Source: a virus
Direction: 5' to 3' (one strand)
Virus record (IMG/VR): IMGVR_UViG_3300028393_000022
DNA length: 64,000 bases
The notes below the pieces were generated by a model. That model was given only the letters and a program-made list of their open reading frames with translations. It searched no databases and had not been told where the DNA came from. The position numbers were made by a program, and so were the translations under genes. This document shows positions 28,115-37,376 of this stretch, piece by piece (within the stretch, counting starts at the first letter, position 1; every line of letters starts with the position of its first letter).

Positions 28115-28767
28115 AAAAACAATCAGTATTTGCATCAAGCAGCTGGTCGAGTAAAAAAGGTAAATTAGCAGTTCTTATTCCTTGCAGGGATACTCTGCAT
28201 TCTGCCCATGCGCTTGCACTGGCCGAGCTGGTTAAATTTAATACAATGAACGACATCGACACTCATGTGTTTATGGATGCCAGCACAGTATTACTCACCC
28301 AACGAGAAAGACTTGCTACCTCAGCAGTTGAACTAGGTGCAGACTATGCGCTATGGTTAGACAGCGATATGGTGTTTCCCGCAACCACCGCAGTTAGATT
28401 GCTAAAACATAATGAACCTGTTGTTGCTGCAAACTATGTTCGCAGACAGAAACCCTACAAAGGGGTTGCCTATGAAACTATAGGTGATTGGGAAAATCCG
28501 TTGGCCTTTGATGTGCAAGATGACCTAGTACCTATTGAAGGTATCGGTATGGGGTGCATATTAACCAAAGTCAGTATCTTTGAAGAACTTAGCAAGCCTT
28601 GGTTTGATTTCCAGTGGAGCCCAGAATCTAATGACTTCTTGGGTGAAGATATGTATCTATGCCAAAAAATCAATGCCGCAGGATATACTATTAAAGTTGA
28701 TACAGCATTGAGTCAAGAGTTGCATCATCTTGGAACTTATGCATTTAATCCCAGTTTGTTAGATTAA
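28111..28767 (+). CDS. GT-A fold (family 2-like) glycosyltransferase
   Basis: LAVLIP, DxD motif (WLDSDM), GMGCIL and GEDMYLC. Confidence 0.8.
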   Translation: MKKQSVFASSSWSSKKGKLAVLIPCRDTLHSAHALALAELVKFNTMNDIDTHVFMDASTVLLTQRERLATSAVELGADYALWLDSDMVFPATTAVRLLKHNEPVVAANYVRRQKPYKGVAYETIGDWENPLAFDVQDDLVPIEGIGMGCILTKVSIFEELSKPWFDFQWSPESNDFLGEDMYLCQKINAAGYTIKVDTALSQELHHLGTYAFNPSLLD

Positions 28768-29199
28768 ATCTAGCAACAGCTCAATTTTAGCTTTAATAAT
28801 TTTATTTGAGAACGAGTTCTTAACACCCCGATGTAAGGGCTTGGGAAAGTTATCGTAATCACACCAAGCATAACCGGCATGTTCCTCATTTAGTGTAGGG
28901 ATAAATTCTCGATCAACTAACAGCACATAGGTGTTATATTGAAAGTGTTGATCGTTGCTGACAAATAATTCGAGAGGAATAGTTTTTCTTATTGTAGGAA
29001 TCTTGCCTACTTCTTCTTGTATTTCTCTAGTTAATGCATCATATGCAGTAATGTCAGTGGGCTCTTTGCGACCGCCTACTAATCCCCAAGATCCCGCAGT
29101 TTTACCCTGGGTTCTTAGCAAAAACAAGAACCTTTTGGTGTCTTTTGCAAGGAAAATACCACCGCTGCAAATGATTTGATTTAGAGAATTAGACGCCAT
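28759..29199 (-). CDS. Nudix hydrolase
   Basis: Nudix box GGRKE..ALTREIQEEVG. Confidence 0.88.
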   Translation of the reverse strand: MASNSLNQIICSGGIFLAKDTKRFLFLLRTQGKTAGSWGLVGGRKEPTDITAYDALTREIQEEVGKIPTIRKTIPLELFVSNDQHFQYNTYVLLVDREFIPTLNEEHAGYAWCDYDNFPKPLHRGVKNSFSNKIIKAKIELLLDLI

Positions 29200-30545
29200 A
29201 ACCTTGCATCATAGATGCCTTCATAACTTTTACTCCAGGAACCGTCGCTCCATTTGTATTGAGTACCTGTATATGAATTAGTTATGTAATTAACATCTGT
29301 AGCTACAGTGGAATTGAATACAATATCCCACTGTGTTCCTGACCATTCGATAATATCGTTGGCATTGGCACTAAATCCATCACCGTTCTGTTGTTGCCAT
29401 GCAATAGGTCCATCTTCGGTAGTGCTGTGAATATCTTCTAAAATTAAGTAGCGTGTGCCTATTACTATATTTTTAGGATTATATGTTTCAGGATTAATTA
29501 CAGCATCAACTGTTCCTCTACCTGCAATGACTGTATTTCCCGGAACAGTGTCGGGGTCAATGTTCAACGCCATTGAAAATTCATCGCTAGGGTTTAAACT
29601 AATATAGGCAATGATGTCATTACCTGCAGGTTGAGTAAATCTTAATTGGCTCAATCCTGCCCTGAATTTTCCAGGATGTAAATCTAACAATCTAGTCCAT
29701 GCTGTGCTATTTGTTCCGTTGGTGTCATGTTGAGAATTAATTAATCTTGCCGTATTATTTAGGACAAGCAAATCATAATTACCTGGTGTAATTGTAATAG
29801 TAGCATCCGGACTGATGTTTTCAAACATTTCAGCAGTACCTACGGTGCTATATTCTGATTGAATTGTTCCTTGGGCACCACTGGCAAATATATTAGAAAT
29901 GATTTTAGTAATGATTCCTAATTTCTTAACCTTTGCTGGCGGTGTAATCCATACAGGTGTGTTAAATGTCATTGAACAAATATCAATATCTTCAGTTACA
30001 CCTTGTGGAACTGTTCGACTACTCCATGTGACATTGTCTAATGTGACAACAGACAAACTGGTCCAATCGATATAGTTGTCAGTTGTTTGTATTTCAAAAC
30101 TAGGATTGAAAAATATTACCAATTGCTCAATAATTTGCAATTTCATTTCTGTATTTGTTGTCCATATGTCACAGGCAAATGCCAGTTTAAACGGGCTAGG
30201 CATAATTCTTTCAATGGTATAATTATTACCTTGTGTGTTTAAGTATTGATTATTAACTTCATCAAAGTCACGTTCTCTTACATTTACCTTGCTGACAAAT
30301 GTAGGGTCCTGCAATCTAGTTAAGTCATATTGAAAATCTTTAATATAGCAGGAAATAAACGGAGCACTGGGAATAGCGTTTTCACTATTCTTTTTAAGTA
30401 TCTGACTGACTTGTCTGCTCATGTCTCCATAGCGAACTGGTACACGTACTAACTGACCTTTAGCATCTTTATAGGCAAAGTTGCTCATGATTTGCATGAA
30501 TTGTGTTAGGTACTTCCTAATTTGCGAATCGTAAAAATAATCCAT
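29181..30545 (-). CDS. gp15: tail terminator / sheath stabiliser (T4 gp15-like) with C-terminal extension
   Basis: YFYDSQIRKY..VPVRYG..MPSPF..QIIEQLVIFFNP pattern. Confidence 0.75.
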   Translation of the reverse strand: MDYFYDSQIRKYLTQFMQIMSNFAYKDAKGQLVRVPVRYGDMSRQVSQILKKNSENAIPSAPFISCYIKDFQYDLTRLQDPTFVSKVNVRERDFDEVNNQYLNTQGNNYTIERIMPSPFKLAFACDIWTTNTEMKLQIIEQLVIFFNPSFEIQTTDNYIDWTSLSVVTLDNVTWSSRTVPQGVTEDIDICSMTFNTPVWITPPAKVKKLGIITKIISNIFASGAQGTIQSEYSTVGTAEMFENISPDATITITPGNYDLLVLNNTARLINSQHDTNGTNSTAWTRLLDLHPGKFRAGLSQLRFTQPAGNDIIAYISLNPSDEFSMALNIDPDTVPGNTVIAGRGTVDAVINPETYNPKNIVIGTRYLILEDIHSTTEDGPIAWQQQNGDGFSANANDIIEWSGTQWDIVFNSTVATDVNYITNSYTGTQYKWSDGSWSKSYEGIYDARLWRLIL

Positions 30546-30546
30546 T

Positions 30547-31740
30547 TTAGTTGTCTGCCTTTGCTTTCAATACTTGACTTAATGCCTGACGTTCTTGAAT
30601 AACTTGTCCAGCAATTGTTGCAGTATTTGTATTATTAACAAAACTTGCTTTTTGTGTTCTTCTAACTTTAGTAGGATCAGTAGTTTGACCATCACCTAAT
30701 GTATTAGTGGTCATTCTAACATTGTCTTCATATTTTATCCAATGTTTTCCGTCGTGTCTAAACAATCTATTAGGCAAATAATCTGTTCTAAGATAAAATT
30801 GACCTTTGGTAGGATTTGACGGAAAACTTATTCCATGACCAAACGGAGCACCATTGGGTGGCATACCGTCGCCTGTTAAGTAGCCCACATACAGATCCCT
30901 GTCCGGACTCCTTAACACGATACTGGCATCTAGTGAATGATCTGTAATGCTAACATCATCGTTAGTTGAACTAACATCTGCAACATCAACACTTCCATCT
31001 TCTCTAGTAGGTATAACAAAAAACTGATTAGTTGTATATCCACTCTTACCCACATCTTCTTGTGCTTGGGCAATGATTTGATCATTGATTTCAATACTCT
31101 TTTTGTATGTTGACATTAGATCACGTAGGGTACTACCGTCTCCTGCACCGCTATCTTGGTCGAGTATCTCTTTAAATTCTTGTGTATCGACTAGTGGAGC
31201 ACATTTGGCCCTAACCAAATGTGGATACCATGTGACACTATATCCGCTTGCTGGACGACTAACTTCACTTACTACATAAAATCTTTTTAATGCTACTAGT
31301 GCATCGTCTAGCGCATATTCATCTTTCTGATGAGGCAATTCAATTACATCACCTGCCATGATTTTTCGTCCCAGTGCATCCACAGAACCACGTAAGTGGA
31401 AGTTGATCATAATATTGTCGTTCTGTAAAAACAATCCAAATTGACTTAAATTAAAATCAATATCTTGTAAAGTATAGATACCACGAATAGTATAGACATC
31501 GGGCTCATAATGACGATCTCTGTTCTCCATGAACAAGACATCCTGTATTCCCAACTCGCCTTTTTCACTTACATTGGCAGGTTTGGTAGGGCTACTCTCA
31601 CCCTCTAATGGATCTACTGCTCCCAGGTACTTGTGCAGATAGACATCTGTTCCGCCTACTTGGAATTGTTCAAAGATTGCACGATCTATAAATCTAAAAT
31701 CGGCACCTTTTTCTGGTTTGTATAATGAGAGTTTCGGCAT
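30547..31740 (-). CDS. neck / head-closure protein (T4 gp14-like)
   Basis: DVYLHKY, LFMENRDR, LSQFGLFL and GDVIELP; adjacent to the gp13- and gp15-like genes. Confidence 0.65.
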   Translation of the reverse strand: MPKLSLYKPEKGADFRFIDRAIFEQFQVGGTDVYLHKYLGAVDPLEGESSPTKPANVSEKGELGIQDVLFMENRDRHYEPDVYTIRGIYTLQDIDFNLSQFGLFLQNDNIMINFHLRGSVDALGRKIMAGDVIELPHQKDEYALDDALVALKRFYVVSEVSRPASGYSVTWYPHLVRAKCAPLVDTQEFKEILDQDSGAGDGSTLRDLMSTYKKSIEINDQIIAQAQEDVGKSGYTTNQFFVIPTREDGSVDVADVSSTNDDVSITDHSLDASIVLRSPDRDLYVGYLTGDGMPPNGAPFGHGISFPSNPTKGQFYLRTDYLPNRLFRHDGKHWIKYEDNVRMTTNTLGDGQTTDPTKVRRTQKASFVNNTNTATIAGQVIQERQALSQVLKAKADN

Positions 31741-31747
31741 AGTATTC

Positions 31748-31763
31748 TATTTATCGCTAAATA
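31748..31763. promoter_or_regulatory. back-to-back late promoters TATTTA-tcgc-TAAATA
   Basis: the 28-bp intergenic space between the divergent neck genes has one box per strand. Confidence 0.75.
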
Positions 31764-31768
31764 TTGAT

Positions 31769-32527
31769 ATGACCGAGAACGAAAACGAACGCCAAAAAGT
31801 AATCGATTACTGCAAGCTCATGCTGGGCGATGGTATGATCGATATAGAATTAGATCCTGCACATTACAATACTGCTATTGATAGAGCCCTAAACAAGTTC
31901 CGTCAAAGAAGTAGCAATGCTGTAGAAGAAAGTTTTGGATTTTTAATGGTAGAGGTTGACAAAAACGACTATGTTTTACCATCAGAAGTTATGGCCGTTC
32001 GACAGATTTTTAGACGCAGCATTGGTTCTAGGTCAGGTGGCGGGCAAGGCGGAACATTGTTCGAGCCGTTCAACCTTGCTTATTCAAATACATACTTATT
32101 AACTTCAACGAACATGGGTGGCCTAGCCACTTACTACGCCTTTGCAAGCTACCAAAAACAAGTGGGCAAAATGTTCGGAGCCGACATCAACTTCACGTTT
32201 AACAAAACAACCAAGAAGTTGACCCTGATGCAGAGACCTAGAAGTGAGGAAGAAGTCCTTGTATGGTTATACAACTATAGACCGGATTTCAATCTGCTGC
32301 AGGACCCCTTGGCCAATCAATGGCTAAAAGACTACTCACTGGCAACATGCAAAATCATGCTGGGAGAAGCTCGTGAAAAATTCAGTCAAATTGCTAGCCC
32401 GCAAGGCGGCACTACTCTTAACGGTACTGCTATGAAATCTGAAGGCAAAGCTGAAATGGATATTTTAGAGTTAGATCTAGTAAATTACAAAGAGGGCGGG
32501 ACTCCCTTGACCTGGGTCACTGGATAA
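31769..32527 (+). CDS. gp13: neck protein (T4 gp13-like)
   Basis: LMLGDGMIDIEL, WLKDYSLA..LGEAREKF and GGTTLNG. Confidence 0.8.
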   Translation: MTENENERQKVIDYCKLMLGDGMIDIELDPAHYNTAIDRALNKFRQRSSNAVEESFGFLMVEVDKNDYVLPSEVMAVRQIFRRSIGSRSGGGQGGTLFEPFNLAYSNTYLLTSTNMGGLATYYAFASYQKQVGKMFGADINFTFNKTTKKLTLMQRPRSEEEVLVWLYNYRPDFNLLQDPLANQWLKDYSLATCKIMLGEAREKFSQIASPQGGTTLNGTAMKSEGKAEMDILELDLVNYKEGGTPLTWVTG

Positions 32528-32535
32528 TTCAGTTA

Positions 32536-32564
32536 TTGACACTGTAATCTGTACGTAATATAAT
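32536..32564 (+). promoter_or_regulatory. perfect sigma70-type promoter
   Basis: TTGACA-17 bp-TATAAT upstream of the dNMP kinase gene. Confidence 0.85.
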
Positions 32565-32591
32565 TATAAGCATCACGCTTGGAGAGATGCT

Positions 32592-33269
32592 ATGATTGTA
32601 GGATTTGTTGGATTCATATCGGCAGGAAAAGACACAGCCGCAGACTATTTGGTTAATTTTCATGGATTTAGGCGAGACAGTTTCGCTAATACACTGAAAG
32701 ATGCTGTCGCAAACGTATTTGGTTGGGATCGTACCCTGCTAGAAGGTCGCACCGCAGAAGCCCGTGCGTGGAGGGAAGAAGTTGACGCATGGTGGGCAGA
32801 ACGTCTTAACATGCCCAAATTAACTCCACGATGGGTCTTACAATACTGGGGTACAGAAGTTTGCCGTAAAGGCTTCCACGATGATATCTGGATTGCATCT
32901 GTAGAAAACAAAATGCGTAAAACAGGCGATAATATTGTTATCAGTGATGTACGTTTTCCTAATGAGATTCAATCTATTCATAATGCAGGCGGCATTGTAG
33001 TACGTATCAAGCGAGGTAATGATCCCGAATGGTATCAGGATGCTGTTAATATGAACGACGGCGACCATAATATGAACTGGATGATTTCTAAAACTAGAAT
33101 AGAACAATTAGGAATTCACGCTAGTGAAACAGCATGGGTAGGTGGTGATATTGATCACATTGTACTCAACGATACCACTATTGATGATTTATATTCGCAG
33201 ATAGAAAACTTGTTGCCGAGCCAGGACCTCCCCTTCAGTACAAAAATTGTATTAGATTTGCTTGGTTAA
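32592..33269 (+). CDS. deoxynucleoside monophosphate kinase (T4 gp1-like)
   Basis: GFISAGKDT P-loop, FANTLKD, PRWVLQYWGTE and ISDVRFPNE. Confidence 0.9.
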   Translation: MIVGFVGFISAGKDTAADYLVNFHGFRRDSFANTLKDAVANVFGWDRTLLEGRTAEARAWREEVDAWWAERLNMPKLTPRWVLQYWGTEVCRKGFHDDIWIASVENKMRKTGDNIVISDVRFPNEIQSIHNAGGIVVRIKRGNDPEWYQDAVNMNDGDHNMNWMISKTRIEQLGIHASETAWVGGDIDHIVLNDTTIDDLYSQIENLLPSQDLPFSTKIVLDLLG

Positions 33270-33601
33270 AAATCAGGTTTTAGATCTCCCTGGCGCCAGG
33301 GCAATTTAAGTTTATGCAATATACGCTGACAGTTGGCGCAGACAGTTTTTAAATTAGTATACCTACAATTCGTAGGATCACCGTCAACGTAGAATACATT
33401 AAACTGTTCTTGATATTTAGAAACAAAGCCGCATTTATCACACGCGGCTTTTTTCTTATAGCCTGCAATGGTCCATAGTGGTCTGCCTTCCTCACGTTGA
33501 TTAGCACAGTGGTCGCATTTAGACCTATAGAATGGCTTACCTTCCTTGTAATAATTGATTGCTACCGGCCTAGCTCCGCAAATTTTACATAAATCTCTCA
33601 T
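33266..33601 (-). CDS. Zn-binding HNH-like protein
   Basis: four CxxC pairs and a DGDPTN..NLKTVCANC HNH-like end; TAAATA on the minus strand at 33632-33637. Confidence 0.6.
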   Translation of the reverse strand: MRDLCKICGARPVAINYYKEGKPFYRSKCDHCANQREEGRPLWTIAGYKKKAACDKCGFVSKYQEQFNVFYVDGDPTNCRYTNLKTVCANCQRILHKLKLPWRQGDLKPDF

Positions 33602-33699
33602 ACCCCGCCCTTTTAGTGCCCTTTTCAAGTGTATTTAACACTGGGTTTTTATTCACTTTATGGTAAATAATTCAAGTAATCCATTAAGGGGACAAAAAA

Positions 33700-36627
33700 A
33701 TGGCAACATTGAATTCACCAGGCGTACAAGTAAATGTAATCGACGAGAGTTTCTATACTCCGTCTGCACCGGGCACTGTGCCTGTATTATTTGTAGCGTC
33801 TAAACAAGATAAAAAGAATCCTAGCGGAACAACCGCACTAGGAACAACAGCCGCTAATGCTGGTAAAGTTTGGTTGATCACTAGCCAACGTGATCTAACA
33901 GACACATTTGGAACTCCGTTGTTCCCTACAGATGCTAGCGGCAACCCACAACACGGCAGCGAACAAAACGAATATGGATTGCAAGCAGCATACAGCTCAT
34001 TAGGTGTAAGCTCTCGTGCATATATTGTTCGTGCTGATTTAGACCTAGCTGATCTTACACCTACTAGTACAGTTCCAGTAGGTAGCCCTGTAGCAGGTAC
34101 ATATTGGGTTGATACAGCAGCTAGCGTGTTTGGTGTAAAAGAATGGAATTCTAGCACACAAGCATTTACTGCTAAGACTCCTATAGTACTAAACGATGAC
34201 TCTCCTGCACTATATTTCTATGCATATACACCAACACCGGTTGTTGGAAATATCGGCGACTACTGTATGCGAGTTACTACCGCTAATGCTAATGAATTGT
34301 ATTACAAAAGAGCAGATAACACATGGTCTCCTGTATATACCGCATTTGATAATGGAAAATCATTACAGATCAGTCCGCACTATACATACCCTAATTTTAA
34401 CGGTAGTACAGCAACCGGTAGTGTTTGGGTTACAACTACTACACCATCTAACGGTGCTAACTGGTCTATTAAATTGTATAACAGTTCAAGCCAGTCTTGG
34501 ACAACTGTAACAGCACCTATCTATGACAGTGTTGCATCTGCAAACTTTGCATTTGATGCAACAGGTGGCGGTAAAAATATTGCAGTTGGAACACTATTTG
34601 TAGAATCTGATTTTAACAACTCTACAGAAGCAAGTTTTAAAGTATGGAGAAAATCTGCCAGCGGCACTACCAGCATTACTGGTAGTGCAAACTCAATTCA
34701 GTTGACTGTAAATACTACAGCTACGTTTACTGTTAGAGAAACAACCTTAGCAGGAACATGGGGAGCAACTAAAACAGTAACATTGTTTACCCCAACAGTG
34801 GGCATTGAATTAGGGTCTCTAGTTCCTGCTGCTTTATCGTCTCAGGGATTAACATATATTACTGCGACATGGGACGATGATGCAAATATATTAACAATGA
34901 CTCATACTGCTGGCGGTGCATTTGAATTAAAAGACGGCACTGGCACACCTTTGGCTACTTTATTCACACTAGCAAATACTGCTAACTTATCAGCTGCACC
35001 AGTATATGATTCATTTGATTACATTGCTACAACTTGGAAGCCATTAGTGTATGAGGCAAGAAGTGCTGCTCCTTATACAACTCCAGCAGATGGTAAGTTA
35101 TGGTATGATACCAATTTGTTTGCAGATATTCTTTATCATAATGGAACTACCTGGGTAGGTTACCGTACCCAATTTGGAAGCACTGACCTTAATGGCCCAA
35201 TCATTAGTGCAACTGAACCAGCTGCCGCAACCGGCAATAGTCAAGGAGGTGCGTTAGTTGATAATGATATCTGGATTGATACCAGCGACATGGACATGTA
35301 TGGTCAAAACATTTATGTTTACAGTACTACCGCCGGATGGATTAAACAAGATCCAACAGATCAATCTACACCAAACGGTTGGGTATTTGCCGATGCACGT
35401 TGGGGAACAAGTGGCGCAGCTACTGAGCCTGCAATAATTAGTGCATTATTAAATAGCAGCTATTTAGATCCAGACGCACCTGATCCAGCACTACATCCAA
35501 AAGGCACACGTCTATGGAATACTCGTCGTAGCGGATTTACAGTTAAGAAATACGTATCAGGATATATCAATAAAAATGCAAAAAACCCACGTCAAAACAA
35601 TGCATCAATGGCCGGCTATAATGCTGATCGTTGGGTTTCACAGCATCCTACAGCGGTAGATGGTAGTCCATTGTTTGGTAGAATGGCTCAACGACAACAA
35701 GTTGTCCAAGCGTTCAAGGCTTTAATCGACAACAACGCAGCGGTACGTGACAGTGATACATTAGGATTTAATTTGATGGCAACACCTGGTTATCCAGAAG
35801 CTATTCAGAACATGATTGCATTAAACACAGATCGTGGGTTAACAGCATTTGTATTAGGTGATACACCATTCCGTTTAGAGCCAACAGGTACTGCATTAAG
35901 TGCTTGGGGTATGAACACTGCTGGCGCAGCAGACAATGGTGACGACGGCGGTACAAGTCATGACGAGTATATGGCCATGTATTACCCAAGTGGTTATACA
36001 AATGACCTAACAGGCAACAACATTGTTGTTCCTCCAAGCCATATGATGTTGCGCACAATCATTAATAGCGATGCAAAGAGCTACCCATGGTTTGCTCCGG
36101 CTGGTACACGTCGTGGTGGTGTTGACAATGCTTCTAGTGTTGGTTACATTACTATGGAAGGTGAATTTAAGACAGTTGCATTGCACCAAGGTCTGCGAGA
36201 TGTATTACAAGATCCTAAAGTTGCAATCAACCCGATTGCTACACTAACAGGTGTTGGTGTTCTTGCATATGGTCAACGCACTCGTGCTAAAAACGCTAGT
36301 GCATTAGATAGAATTAACGTCAGTCGTTTAGTAATTTACTTGCGTAGACAGTTAGACATTCTTGCAAGACCATTCTTGTTTGAACCTAACGATGCACAGA
36401 CACGCCGTGAAATTAAAGCGGCTGCTGAAAGCCTATTGTTAGAATTAGTAGGACAACGTGCCCTATACGACTACGCTGTAGTTTGCGATACCACAAACAA
36501 CACACCTTCTAGAATTGATAGAAACGAGTTGTATTTAGATATTGCTATCGAGCCAGTCAAGGCAGTCGAGTACATCTATATTCCATTGAGAATCAAGAAT
36601 ACTGGTGATATTGCCAAGGGCCTATAA
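33700..36627 (+). CDS. gp18: tail sheath protein (T4 gp18-like), enlarged
   Basis: SPGVQVNVIDES, PWFAPAGTRRG, ALDRINVSRL, LFEPND and IEPVKAVEYIYI. Confidence 0.95.
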   Translation: MATLNSPGVQVNVIDESFYTPSAPGTVPVLFVASKQDKKNPSGTTALGTTAANAGKVWLITSQRDLTDTFGTPLFPTDASGNPQHGSEQNEYGLQAAYSSLGVSSRAYIVRADLDLADLTPTSTVPVGSPVAGTYWVDTAASVFGVKEWNSSTQAFTAKTPIVLNDDSPALYFYAYTPTPVVGNIGDYCMRVTTANANELYYKRADNTWSPVYTAFDNGKSLQISPHYTYPNFNGSTATGSVWVTTTTPSNGANWSIKLYNSSSQSWTTVTAPIYDSVASANFAFDATGGGKNIAVGTLFVESDFNNSTEASFKVWRKSASGTTSITGSANSIQLTVNTTATFTVRETTLAGTWGATKTVTLFTPTVGIELGSLVPAALSSQGLTYITATWDDDANILTMTHTAGGAFELKDGTGTPLATLFTLANTANLSAAPVYDSFDYIATTWKPLVYEARSAAPYTTPADGKLWYDTNLFADILYHNGTTWVGYRTQFGSTDLNGPIISATEPAAATGNSQGGALVDNDIWIDTSDMDMYGQNIYVYSTTAGWIKQDPTDQSTPNGWVFADARWGTSGAATEPAIISALLNSSYLDPDAPDPALHPKGTRLWNTRRSGFTVKKYVSGYINKNAKNPRQNNASMAGYNADRWVSQHPTAVDGSPLFGRMAQRQQVVQAFKALIDNNAAVRDSDTLGFNLMATPGYPEAIQNMIALNTDRGLTAFVLGDTPFRLEPTGTALSAWGMNTAGAADNGDDGGTSHDEYMAMYYPSGYTNDLTGNNIVVPPSHMMLRTIINSDAKSYPWFAPAGTRRGGVDNASSVGYITMEGEFKTVALHQGLRDVLQDPKVAINPIATLTGVGVLAYGQRTRAKNASALDRINVSRLVIYLRRQLDILARPFLFEPNDAQTRREIKAAAESLLLELVGQRALYDYAVVCDTTNNTPSRIDRNELYLDIAIEPVKAVEYIYIPLRIKNTGDIAKGL

Positions 36628-36660
36628 TAGGTAAATAACAAAGAATAAGGAGCATTACAC

Positions 36661-37311
36661 ATGCCAATCGCAAGTTTATCAAGATTTACAGTACCGTTGA
36701 GTGGGCGCCAAGACTCGTCCTCTCAAGGTCTGTTGATGCCAAAGCTGAAATATCGCTTCCGTGTTACACTAGACAGCTTTGGTGTAGGCGGCGTACAATC
36801 TACAGAACTAACCAAGCAAGTTATGAACGTAACCCGCCCCGAAGTTACTTTTGACGAAATTAAATTACCTGTATATAACAGTACAGTAAAGCTACTGGGC
36901 AAACACAGTTTCACCGATGCTAAGTTAACAGTCCGTGATGATGCATCCGGCATTGTTAGCCGCAAGGTTGGTGAACAACTACAGAAGCAATTCGACTTCT
37001 TTGAACAAAGCGGTGCTGCTAGCGGTATCGATTATAAGTTCAGAATGCGTGTTGAAATTCTTGACGGTGGCAACGGTGCATTTGAACCAGTTACACTAGA
37101 AAGTTTTGAATTCTTAGGTTGCTTTATCAAAACTGCCACTTATCAAGGCGGTGACTATAGCGATGCAACTAACCCAATGGATATTGCACTGACTATCACT
37201 TATGATAATGCAATCCAACTAGATGCACCTGGCGGAACAGCTACTGGTATTGGTCTAGATGTTGGTCGTGTTGTACGTCCAGCAGGCGCACAAGGTCTAA
37301 GTACAGGTTAA
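36661..37311 (+). CDS. gp19: tail tube protein (gp19-like)
   Basis: follows the sheath gene; PKLKYRFRV..LTITYDNA; late box at 36632 and AGGAG SD. Confidence 0.8.
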   Translation: MPIASLSRFTVPLSGRQDSSSQGLLMPKLKYRFRVTLDSFGVGGVQSTELTKQVMNVTRPEVTFDEIKLPVYNSTVKLLGKHSFTDAKLTVRDDASGIVSRKVGEQLQKQFDFFEQSGAASGIDYKFRMRVEILDGGNGAFEPVTLESFEFLGCFIKTATYQGGDYSDATNPMDIALTITYDNAIQLDAPGGTATGIGLDVGRVVRPAGAQGLSTG

Positions 37312-37331
37312 TATTAAATTTAACAATAAAC

Positions 37332-37358
37332 AAGCCCAGCTTAATACCTGGGCTTTTT
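37332..37358 (+). terminator. intrinsic terminator
   Basis: AAGCCCAG-N8-CTGGGCTT followed by a T run. Confidence 0.8.
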
Positions 37359-37376
37359 ATTTGACTAAATATTTGC

